From: Vulcanimicrobiota bacterium
Lineage (GTDB): Bacteria; Vulcanimicrobiota; Vulcanimicrobiia; Eremiobacterales; Eremiobacteraceae
Reading direction: 5' to 3'
Assembly (NCBI GenBank): GCA_963812135.1
Contig: CAWETU010000001.1
Span: 1,056,001 to 1,120,000 of the forward strand
DNA: 64,000 bases
This document shows, in pieces, positions 1 to 8,124 of the stretch. The notes under the pieces were generated by a model, which saw only the letters and a list, made by a program, of their open reading frames with translations, was not told the DNA's origin and did no database searches. The translations under genes were made by a program, and so were the position numbers. The first letter of the stretch is position 1. Each line of letters starts with the position of its first letter.

Positions 1-107
1 ATCAACTCGCATGAACGCGCGTACTCGGGTTGTCCGACTGGGTTGGTCTGTTCGACCGACGTGATGCCCGCGACGCCTTCCATATCCGCGGAGATGTAGA
101 TCTTCAT
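1..107 (-). CDS. dppA: M55 family D-aminopeptidase (DppA-like), 5' part only; runs off the window start
   Basis: Manual translation of the minus strand from ATG at 107 gives MKIYISADMEGVAGITSVEQTNP..., the DxEG N-terminal signature of M55 peptidases. Not in the ORF track. Confidence 0.8.
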   Translation of the reverse strand, partial: MKIYISADMEGVAGITSVEQTNPVGQPEYARSCEL

Positions 108-121
108 GTCCACACCTTCGG

Positions 122-697
122 ATGATGCGCTCGAATTCATTGCGCAGGGTGTGCGACTGCGACCGCGAAGCTGAATGCCTCGTAGTGTCTTTTGCGACGG
201 TCGCGCGTTCCCGCGCGGTGGCCCTGCCTTCGACCGCAGAGCTCCAACTGTTGTTCGCGCAGCTCAACCTCCGATATTTCGATGGCGTCTTGCGCGCGCA
301 TCGCATCGAGTACAACGCACGGCTGACGACGGTGACCGGGCGCATCAGCTATCGGCCGGCGCTCATCGAATTGTCGTCCCCGCTGCTCGCCGCTCACCCC
401 GATCATGTGCGCGACACGCTGCTGCACGAGATGGTGCACGCATGGCTTTTCCTCATGCGCCTGCCTTCGGGCCACGGCCGCGATTTCAAGGCGAAGATGC
501 ACGAGGTCGGGCTCGACAGCATCTACCACAATCTGCCGGTGTCGCGCCGGCGCAGTCACCGACGTTACGTGCTCGAATGCCCGCGCTGTAATCTTGCCTT
601 GGTGCGCAGACGCCGGCCGGGCGTGCGCGTCTCATGCGCGCGATGCTCGCCGCGCCGGTTCGATTCGCGGGTTGAGATGCGCGTCCGGGAGATGTGA
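122..697 (+). CDS. SprT-like zinc metalloprotease with C-terminal zinc ribbon (true start probably downstream)
   Basis: LLHEMVH (HExxH), HG..F motif, two CxxC pairs. Confidence 0.8.
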   Translation: MMRSNSLRRVCDCDREAECLVVSFATVARSRAVALPSTAELQLLFAQLNLRYFDGVLRAHRIEYNARLTTVTGRISYRPALIELSSPLLAAHPDHVRDTLLHEMVHAWLFLMRLPSGHGRDFKAKMHEVGLDSIYHNLPVSRRRSHRRYVLECPRCNLALVRRRRPGVRVSCARCSPRRFDSRVEMRVREM

Positions 698-706
698 CCA
701 CGCCCC

Positions 707-1273
707 ATGCCGACCTACATCGTAGGCATCACCGGCGCGAGCGGCTCGATTCTGGGCGTGCGCGCCCTTGAGGCGCTCCGCGCGGTGCCCGACGCGAAAG
801 TCCACCTGATCATGACCCAACAAGCGAAGCGGACGCTCGAGCTTGAGACCGATCTCAAGCCGGCAGAAGTGGAGAAGCTCGCCGATGTGGTGCATGACGA
901 GAAGAATCTTGCCGCTGCCGTCTCGAGTGGTTCGTTCAGAACGGATGGCATGCTGGTCATCCCGTGCTCGATGAAGAGCGCGGCCGCGATCGCGTATTCG
1001 ATGAACGACAACTTGCTCGTCCGTGCCGCCGACGTGTGCCTCAAGGAGCGCCGCCGGCTGGTGCTCAGCGTGCGCGAGACGCCCCTGCACGTCGGCCATT
1101 TGCGGATCATGATGCGACTGGCCGAGCTCGGCGCCGTCATCGCGCCTCCGATCACCGGCTTCTATCAGAAACCCAAAAGCGTTGACGATATCGTCAACCA
1201 CGCGGTCGGCAAGGCGCTCGACGCGCTCGGGGTGCCGAACGAGCTGTTCAAACGCTGGCGCGGATCGTCATGA
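707..1273 (+). CDS. ubiX: Flavin prenyltransferase UbiX
   Basis: GITGASG, PCSMKS, RETPL motifs. Confidence 0.93.
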   Translation: MPTYIVGITGASGSILGVRALEALRAVPDAKVHLIMTQQAKRTLELETDLKPAEVEKLADVVHDEKNLAAAVSSGSFRTDGMLVIPCSMKSAAAIAYSMNDNLLVRAADVCLKERRRLVLSVRETPLHVGHLRIMMRLAELGAVIAPPITGFYQKPKSVDDIVNHAVGKALDALGVPNELFKRWRGSS

Positions 1274-1545
1274 GCAAGTTCCTGGCTCGGCTGCTCATCA
1301 TCGTGTTGGCGCCGCTTCTTATGGGCGGCGTTTACAATTTGGAAGAAGAGAACGTGCCATACGGGGTGCCAGCTTGTGGGCCTTGGTTTGTGCCATGCTC
1401 CTATACACGAATTCGCGAAATGGGCTACTATATCACCATTCTCATAACTGGCGGCATCCTATTGGTTTACAACGAGCGTAGGGCCGAACCACACCCGTTC
1501 TCGGCATTGGACGACGAGAAGCGAAACGGTGACATCACCCCCTGA
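1270..1545 (+). CDS. Small hypothetical membrane protein
   Basis: Two hydrophobic segments; ATGA overlap with the ubiX stop; AT-richer than flanks. Confidence 0.5.
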   Translation: MSKFLARLLIIVLAPLLMGGVYNLEEENVPYGVPACGPWFVPCSYTRIREMGYYITILITGGILLVYNERRAEPHPFSALDDEKRNGDITP

Positions 1546-2350
1546 AGATGAGATAAAGCGCGGCCGCCACGATCGCGAGTGAAAGCCAGCGCATGAGCGG
1601 ACCCGGCTGCATGCGCGACGCGAGGTGCGCGCCGAGCTGGGCGCCGCCGACGGCGCCGATCGCCAGGAAGATCGCCGGCAACGGCAAGATGTCGCCGTAA
1701 TACGCGTGACCGGCGGCGCCGAACGCGGCGGTCACCGCGATGACGAGCTGCGATGTCGCCACTGCGATGTGCGTGGGAAAGCCGAACAAGTAGACCATCG
1801 CGGGCACCTGCACGACACCGCCGCCGATACCGAACATGCTTGCCAGAAAACCGGTGAAGGCCGAGACCGCGATTCCGCCCCAGACGTTGAAGCGATATTG
1901 ATGGCGCACACCGAGGGCGTCGACGAAATCGCGCGATATAGCGCCGCTCGGGGGCTCACCGGTGGGTTGATCTGTCCCTTTCGCCGCATCGCGCGCGAAG
2001 AACCCGCGTAACGCGACGCCAACGAGCAATACACCGAACAGCAACGTGAAGATGTGGTGTGGCACGTGCTGGTCGGCGTAGGCGCCAAGCAGTGCGCCAG
2101 GGATGCCCGCCGCGGAGAATATGAGGCCGCTCTTGACGTCGACGCGCTTTTGACGCAAGTAGGAGAGCGTCGATGAAGCCGAGTTCGCGAGCACCACTGC
2201 CAGAGAGGTGCCGGCGGCGACGCGCGGCGGGTCGCCCAGGAACAAGAGCAGCGGCACGATGAGGAAGCCGCCGCCCACGCCCACCATGCTGCCGTACGTG
2301 CCGACCGCAAAACCGAAGACGATGAACCCGATCGCCTCAAACCAGGGCAT
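1535..2350 (-). CDS. Sulfite exporter TauE/SafE (TSUP) family membrane protein
   Basis: Duplicated G(V/I)GGG..VP motifs, about 8 TM segments; start taken at MPWFEA. Confidence 0.85.
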   Translation of the reverse strand: MPWFEAIGFIVFGFAVGTYGSMVGVGGGFLIVPLLLFLGDPPRVAAGTSLAVVLANSASSTLSYLRQKRVDVKSGLIFSAAGIPGALLGAYADQHVPHHIFTLLFGVLLVGVALRGFFARDAAKGTDQPTGEPPSGAISRDFVDALGVRHQYRFNVWGGIAVSAFTGFLASMFGIGGGVVQVPAMVYLFGFPTHIAVATSQLVIAVTAAFGAAGHAYYGDILPLPAIFLAIGAVGGAQLGAHLASRMQPGPLMRWLSLAIVAAALYLIFRG

Positions 2351-2432
2351 GAAAACCCGTCCGGCGCGCAAAACGCACGAGCGTGACCATCGAGCGCCCC
2401 TTGCAGGCCTGGGGTGACGCGTCCTGCGCGTC

Positions 2433-2798
2433 GTGAGGAAGGCGTGGCATTACGTCTACCTGGCGCGTGCGAGCGACGGCTCGTACTATTGCGGCTACGC
2501 GCTCGACCCAGTCGCGCGCGTGGCCTTGCACAATCTGGGCAAGGGATCGAAGGCGTTGCGCGGGCGCAAACCGGTGGTGCTGGCCTACGTGAAACGCTTT
2601 GCGGACAAGGGCAGCGCGCTGTCGTACGAGATCGCGCTCAAGCGGCGCACGCACTCGCACAAAGCGTCACTGTCGCGACGCTGGCGACCTACGGCAAGCT
2701 CATCAAGCCGTGCGTCCGCGGCAAGTACCAGCGAACGTAACGCATCGCGGCGCCCAAGCGCTCGAGATCGCCGCCGTAGTCGGCGGGGCGCAGGTTGA
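2433..2798 (+). CDS. GIY-YIG nuclease family protein (UPF0213/YazA-like)
   Basis: YVYLAR..DGSYYCG, R...HN.GKGSK..RGRKPV, A...E..LK. Confidence 0.8.
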   Translation: MRKAWHYVYLARASDGSYYCGYALDPVARVALHNLGKGSKALRGRKPVVLAYVKRFADKGSALSYEIALKRRTHSHKASLSRRWRPTASSSSRASAASTSERNASRRPSARDRRRSRRGAG

Positions 2799-3372
2799 TG
2801 GCAAGCGAGAGTGACGGACACGCCGTCGGATCGGCGATGACCTTGATCTCCGGCTCGGGGACATTGAGACGCTCGTGCATAAAGCGCGCGAGCGCCGCGA
2901 CCGCGCGTTTCGGATAATACTGCTCGCTCGGAGATCCGACGAGGACCTCGCGCTGTTCCTTGACCGTTTCGACCGCGATCCCGCTGTGATCGTGTTGGTG
3001 GCCGCGTTCGGCCGGGTCACCCTCAAAATCGCCGTAGAGTTGATACGCGAGAAGGTCGCCGTACGTGAAGACCCATTCGGGATCGGCCGAGCGCCCAGCC
3101 GTACCGAACAGCGCGATGCCGACGCCGTTGTCGAGGACGTACTCGAGTATATGCGACACGGAAAACGGCGTGAACGGACCCGGCTCCGGTAGAGCGAGCG
3201 CGAAGTAGAAGAAGCCGTCTGGCCCCGGCTCGACTTGCGGATCGAAGGCGCGCATGCTCGCGTCCACGACAGCGTCATAAAAGCGTCGACGCCACGCATC
3301 GTTGCGCTGCTCGAGCGGCGTAGCGAAGAGCTCCGCGAGCGCTTGCGTATGGGTTAGATCAAATTGGGGCAA
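2689..3372 (-). CDS. Hypothetical protein
   Basis: 227-aa ORF with normal composition, co-oriented just downstream of efp. Confidence 0.7.
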   Translation of the reverse strand: MPQFDLTHTQALAELFATPLEQRNDAWRRRFYDAVVDASMRAFDPQVEPGPDGFFYFALALPEPGPFTPFSVSHILEYVLDNGVGIALFGTAGRSADPEWVFTYGDLLAYQLYGDFEGDPAERGHQHDHSGIAVETVKEQREVLVGSPSEQYYPKRAVAALARFMHERLNVPEPEIKVIADPTACPSLSLAINLRPADYGGDLERLGAAMRYVRWYLPRTHGLMSLP

Positions 3373-3384
3373 AAGTGGCGAGGG

Positions 3385-3942
3385 CTAAACGCGGGAGACG
3401 TACTTGCGATCGCGCGTGTCGATGCGGATGGTGTCACCGGGATTGATGAAGATCGGCACCTGCACGATCGCGCCGGTCTCAAGCGTTGCGGGCTTTGTGA
3501 GGTTGGTCGCGGTGTCGCCGCGGAAGCCGGGATCCGTCTGCACGACCTTGAGCTCGATGTGGTTGGGCAGCGACGCGCTGATGACTTTGCCGTCGTGGAA
3601 CTGCACCTCGATGGTCATGCCTTCCTTGAGAAGATCGGTGCCGTCGCCGAGCGCCTCGTGCCCGAGGTGGATCTGCTCGTAATTCGTCTGATCCATGAAA
3701 TGATACTCGTCGCCGCTATTATACAGATATTGCATCTCGCGCGTGTCGATGATGGCGCGCTGCAGCATCTCGCCCGCTCGAAACGTCTTCTCCAATGTGT
3801 TTCCGCGAATGAGGCTCTTCAGGCGCGTGCGCACGAAGGCCGAGCCCTTGCCCGGCTTGACGTGCTGGAAGTCGATGACGGTCCAGATCTGGCCGTCGAC
3901 GATCACCGAAACGCCCGTGCGAAAATCGTTGGTCGAGATCAT
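3385..3942 (-). CDS. efp: Elongation factor P
   Basis: MISTNDFRTG start, HVKPGKGSAFVR, PGFRGDTA; 185 aa. Confidence 0.97.
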   Translation of the reverse strand: MISTNDFRTGVSVIVDGQIWTVIDFQHVKPGKGSAFVRTRLKSLIRGNTLEKTFRAGEMLQRAIIDTREMQYLYNSGDEYHFMDQTNYEQIHLGHEALGDGTDLLKEGMTIEVQFHDGKVISASLPNHIELKVVQTDPGFRGDTATNLTKPATLETGAIVQVPIFINPGDTIRIDTRDRKYVSRV

Positions 3943-4559
3943 GTGGCTCCTTGAGGTTTCTTCTGTCCGATGCGCGGCTCGGTGCCCGCGCGCAGGCGCG
4001 CGATGTTGGCTTGGTGGCGCCAGAGCACGAGCGCGAGCGACAAGATCGAGTACACGATGTAGGGCCAGGGCGCGTGCAGCAGATACAACGCGATCGGCGC
4101 GGACGCGGTGGCCAGCATCGAGGACAGCGACGCGTACCGGCTGATCAGCGCTGTCGACAAGAACACCACCGCCCACACGAGCGCGGCGTAGAACGACAGC
4201 TCGACCAGTACCCCTAATCCGGTGGCGACGCCTTTTCCGCCTTCGAACTTCAGGAAAATCGACCAATTGTGTCCGACGATTGTCGCAAGACCGACGGTCG
4301 CGATGACGAGCGGGCTGGCGTGCAACACATAGATCGCGATCGCCGTCGGCACGAGGCCTTTGAAGACATCGCCGGCCAATGTCAGGAAGGCGCCCCAAAA
4401 ACCCATCACGCGCAACGCATTCGCGGCGCCGATGTTGCCGCTGCCGACGTCGCGCGGGTCGATACCGAACAGCCCTTTGCCCACAAGCACGCCGAACGGA
4501 ATCGAACCGATCAGATACGCGGCGACGATCAGCGCGATGTCGGGCAACGTCAACGTCAC
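3939..4559 (-). CDS. plsY: Glycerol-3-phosphate acyltransferase PlsY
   Basis: YLIGSIPFG, GSGNIGAAN, GHNWS, FEGGKGVAT, RHQANI. Confidence 0.95.
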   Translation of the reverse strand: MTLTLPDIALIVAAYLIGSIPFGVLVGKGLFGIDPRDVGSGNIGAANALRVMGFWGAFLTLAGDVFKGLVPTAIAIYVLHASPLVIATVGLATIVGHNWSIFLKFEGGKGVATGLGVLVELSFYAALVWAVVFLSTALISRYASLSSMLATASAPIALYLLHAPWPYIVYSILSLALVLWRHQANIARLRAGTEPRIGQKKPQGAT

Positions 4560-5938
4560 GGCGCGTCCTCGGCGGCGGTCGCGACGATGATCTCCTCCGA
4601 TTTCTTGCTATCCTGCTTGACGCGTGGGCGGAAGACGAGTCGCATCGGAGTGCCGTTGAAACCGAACGCCGCGCGGAGCGAATTCTCGAGGTGACGCTCG
4701 TACGAGAAGTGCACGAGGTGCGGGTCATTCACGAAGAACACAAACTCCGGCGGCGCGACGCTTGCCTGCGTGACGTAGTGGCACTTGAGCACTTTGCCGC
4801 GGAACCCCGGCGGCGGGTGGACTCGGAACACGTCGCGCACGACCTGGTTCAATTTGGAGGTCGGCACGCGTTTGCGCCGTTCGTCGAACGCGGCGGCGAC
4901 CGTGGCCCAGATCTTGTGGACATTTTTCTTCGTCAACGCCGACGCGTACACGATCGGCGCGTAGGGCGCAAATGCGAATTCGGCGCGCAGCGCTTCTTCG
5001 GTCTCCTTGCGATCGATCGTCGCGGGATCGACGAGGTCCCACTTGTTCACGAGCAAGACCAGCGCTTTGCCCTCTTCGATCGCGAGCCCGGCGATGCGGC
5101 GGTCTTGCGAGGTCACGCCGATCGTCGCGTCGATGACCAGAAGCGCGACATCTGACCGGCCGATCGCGGCCACGGCGCGCAAGCTCGAATAATAATCGAT
5201 CGCCGGTCCGGTCTTGACCGTTTTGCGCACGCCGGCCGTGTCGATGATGACGTACGGCCGTCCGCCCGATTCGATCGCGGTGTCGGTCGCGTCGCGCGTC
5301 GTGCCAGGTTCGGCCGAGACGATGGCGCGCTGTTTGCCGAGCAGCGCGTTGACCAGCGACGACTTGCCGACGTTCGGTTGGCCGACGATCGCCAAGTGGA
5401 TGGTTCCGTCATCTTCGTCGGGCGAAGCGGGGGTCTCGGGCGGCAGTTTCGCGACGATCGCGTCGAGCAGATCGCCGCTTTGCAATCCGTGGATCGCCGA
5501 GACCGCCATCGGCACGTCGAAACCGAGCGTGCAGAATTCGTAGATCGAAGCGGCGGTGGTCGGCGATTCCACCTTGTTGGCGACCAGCAATACCTTGTCG
5601 CGTTTCGGACGCAGCAGTTCGGCGACATCGGTGTCGCCCGGCATCACGCCGGTCTGTGAGTCGACGACGAACACGACGACGTCGGCCTCGCGGATCGCGA
5701 GTTCGGCCTGCGCGCGCGTCTGCGCGGCGATGTCCGCGCTCGCGCCGGTTTCGATGCCGCCCGTATCGACGATCGTAAGCATGCGGCCCGCCCACTCGAC
5801 AGGCGCGTAGAGCCGGTCGCGCGTGACGCCGGGAGTCGGGTCGACGATCGCTTGACGCGTGCCGGCAAGCCGGTTGAACAGCGAGGACTTGCCCACGTTC
5901 GGACGTCCGACCAGAGCGATGAGGGGAGCAGATGACAC
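4556..5938 (-). CDS. der: Ribosome biogenesis GTPase Der (EngA)
   Basis: Two GTPase domains (GRPNVGKS/DTGG and GQPNVGKS/DTAG, NKWD) plus KH-like tail; GTG start inferred at 5938. Confidence 0.95.
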   Translation of the reverse strand: MSSAPLIALVGRPNVGKSSLFNRLAGTRQAIVDPTPGVTRDRLYAPVEWAGRMLTIVDTGGIETGASADIAAQTRAQAELAIREADVVVFVVDSQTGVMPGDTDVAELLRPKRDKVLLVANKVESPTTAASIYEFCTLGFDVPMAVSAIHGLQSGDLLDAIVAKLPPETPASPDEDDGTIHLAIVGQPNVGKSSLVNALLGKQRAIVSAEPGTTRDATDTAIESGGRPYVIIDTAGVRKTVKTGPAIDYYSSLRAVAAIGRSDVALLVIDATIGVTSQDRRIAGLAIEEGKALVLLVNKWDLVDPATIDRKETEEALRAEFAFAPYAPIVYASALTKKNVHKIWATVAAAFDERRKRVPTSKLNQVVRDVFRVHPPPGFRGKVLKCHYVTQASVAPPEFVFFVNDPHLVHFSYERHLENSLRAAFGFNGTPMRLVFRPRVKQDSKKSEEIIVATAAEDAP

Positions 5939-5974
5939 GGCATAGGGGCATTCGCCGCGAAAGTCGCATCTCCC

Positions 5975-6727
5975 GTGATGCTCGCATATGCGCTCGTCGC
6001 AGCGCTCGTCGCAGTCGCACCCGCCACCGCCGAAATGCCGTCGCATGGCGGCGCGTTCGTGACGACGCTGCCGCTGGGCGCGGACATCTGGGTCGACGGC
6101 GCGTACGTCGGGCGCACGCCGGCGTTCGTCGATCTGCTGTCCGCCGGCAAGCACACGATCGTGGTGACGCGCACGGGTTGGGAAGCGCAAAGCGCGACGA
6201 TTCAAGTGAGCATCGGCCAGGTCGTTCAGGTCAGCCTGGTGCTGCCCCACACGAGCGGCACGGCGAACACGTCGCACGATTTCGGCGAACTCGTGGTGCG
6301 CGGCTCGCCCGCGGGCGCCGCCGTGTACGTCGACGGCAAAAAGCTCGGCGTCATCCCGTTGAACGCGACCAAGATCGCGGCGGGGTATCACATCGTCAGC
6401 GTCGTCGGCAAGCCGGACGAGCGTTCCACGCGCGACGTCAACGTCTATCCGGACACGACCACCACCATCTCCATCACGGCAGGCGAACCGGGCGGTCCGA
6501 CTGGCGACATCCTCGAGCCAGTTTCTTCTTATATACCGGCGTCGGACGTCGCGCAGAGCGGCAGCCAGGTGACGATCAAGTACCGCGGTTCCCAACTGCA
6601 GTGCGCGGTCGGCTCGCGCACGTACACGCTCAACGGCAAAGAGGGTCTGCTGTCGATCGCGCCCGCGATGCTCTCGGGCAAGCTGTATCTGCCGCAGTCG
6701 CTCTTGGAACACCTTAGCGGAAAATAA
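5975..6727 (+). CDS. Secreted PEGA-domain protein
   Basis: Signal peptide; two P.GA.V.VDG..G.(T/I)P repeats; C-terminal stalk-like segment. Confidence 0.75.
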   Translation: MMLAYALVAALVAVAPATAEMPSHGGAFVTTLPLGADIWVDGAYVGRTPAFVDLLSAGKHTIVVTRTGWEAQSATIQVSIGQVVQVSLVLPHTSGTANTSHDFGELVVRGSPAGAAVYVDGKKLGVIPLNATKIAAGYHIVSVVGKPDERSTRDVNVYPDTTTTISITAGEPGGPTGDILEPVSSYIPASDVAQSGSQVTIKYRGSQLQCAVGSRTYTLNGKEGLLSIAPAMLSGKLYLPQSLLEHLSGK

Positions 6728-6750
6728 GACGCTCCCGCGAACCACGCCCC

Positions 6751-8103
6751 ATGCCTTCGGTCTATCTTCAGACATTCGGCTGTCAGATGAACATCGCCGA
6801 CTCAAACGGTTTGGCGCACCAGGCGTGGTCGCTCGGCTGTACGTTCGCCAACGCGCCTGAAGAGGCGGACATCATCATCGTCAACACGTGCGCGATCCGC
6901 GAAAAGGCGGAGACGCGCGTGTACGGCCGGCTCGGCGCGCTCAAACCGATCAAAGAGAAGCGCCCCGAGATCAAACTGCTCGTGGCCGGCTGTTTGGCGG
7001 AAAAAGACCGCGAGATCATGCGCAAAAAGGCGCCGCACGTCGACGCCTTGCTCGGTCCACGCGAATACAAGAAGTTCAAAGCGCTGTTGAGCTCTTGGGG
7101 CGTGCCCACGGACGCGCCGCCGCCACAGACCGATTTTCGCATGCCGTCGGCGGAGGACGACCCGGGGCTCGACGGCGCGGGAGAATTCGCACATCTGCGC
7201 GCGCTGGTCAACATCACGCGCGGCTGCGAGAAGTTCTGCACGTACTGCATCGTGCCGTACACGCGCGGGCCGCTCGAGAGCATCGATCCCGACGAGATCG
7301 AGTCGCAGGTGCGCCGCGAGATACGCTGCGGCGCGCACGAGATCACGCTGCTCGGCCAGAACGTCAACTCGTATTTCTGGGAGCCGTCGAAGCTCGATTT
7401 CGCGGATCTGCTGATTCGGATCGGCGCGCTTGAGGGGCTCGAACGGCTCACGTTCCTGACATCGCACCCCAAAGATTTCGGACCGCGCGTCGTGGACGCG
7501 CTCGCACAGCTGCCGAAAGTCCAGCCGCGGCTGCATCTGCCGGTGCAGTCGGGCAGCAACGGCGTGCTCAAAGCGATGGCGCGCCTGTACACGATCGAAG
7601 AATACTTGGACAAGATCGCGTATTTCAGAGAGCGGCTGGCGCGCTGGGCGCTCACCACCGATCTCATCGTCGGCTATCCGACCGAGACCGAAGCGGACTT
7701 TTTGCAAACGCTCGATCTCGTGCAACGCGGCACGTTCGAGTACGCGTTCATCTTCGCGTTCTCGCCGCGCGCGGGCACGCCGGCGGCGACCATGCAGCCG
7801 CAAGTGCCGCCCGAAGAGAAGATCCGGCGCCTGCAAGCGATCAACGCCGCGCAGAACGACGTGACGCGCCGCTTCAACGAATCGTTCCTGGGCGAGACGG
7901 TGCGCGTGCTCGCGCAAGGTCCATCGAGAAAAGATCCAGCGAAGATGGCCGGCAAGACGGGCCACAACACCACTGTCATCTATCCGCGCGACGATCGCAC
8001 GAAATACGCACCGTGGACCGACGTCGTTGTCGAGCAAGCGTTTTCGTGGGGCGTGGCCGGCACTCCGGTGGGAATGCCCGAGCCGCTTTGCACGGTCGAG
8101 TAA
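6751..8103 (+). CDS. miaB: tRNA i6A37 methylthiotransferase MiaB
   Basis: TFGCQMN, NTCAIRE, GC; radical SAM CEKFCTYC; C-terminal TRAM-like domain; synteny with mutSL-miaA. Confidence 0.92.
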   Translation: MPSVYLQTFGCQMNIADSNGLAHQAWSLGCTFANAPEEADIIIVNTCAIREKAETRVYGRLGALKPIKEKRPEIKLLVAGCLAEKDREIMRKKAPHVDALLGPREYKKFKALLSSWGVPTDAPPPQTDFRMPSAEDDPGLDGAGEFAHLRALVNITRGCEKFCTYCIVPYTRGPLESIDPDEIESQVRREIRCGAHEITLLGQNVNSYFWEPSKLDFADLLIRIGALEGLERLTFLTSHPKDFGPRVVDALAQLPKVQPRLHLPVQSGSNGVLKAMARLYTIEEYLDKIAYFRERLARWALTTDLIVGYPTETEADFLQTLDLVQRGTFEYAFIFAFSPRAGTPAATMQPQVPPEEKIRRLQAINAAQNDVTRRFNESFLGETVRVLAQGPSRKDPAKMAGKTGHNTTVIYPRDDRTKYAPWTDVVVEQAFSWGVAGTPVGMPEPLCTVE

Positions 8104-8124
8104 ACTCGACCGCTACATAATATA

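Noticed and set aside
3385..6805. Long N-terminal extensions on efp (447 aa) and der (749 aa) in the ORF track
   Set aside because: They overlap plsY and the PEGA gene. These are open-frame artefacts of high GC.
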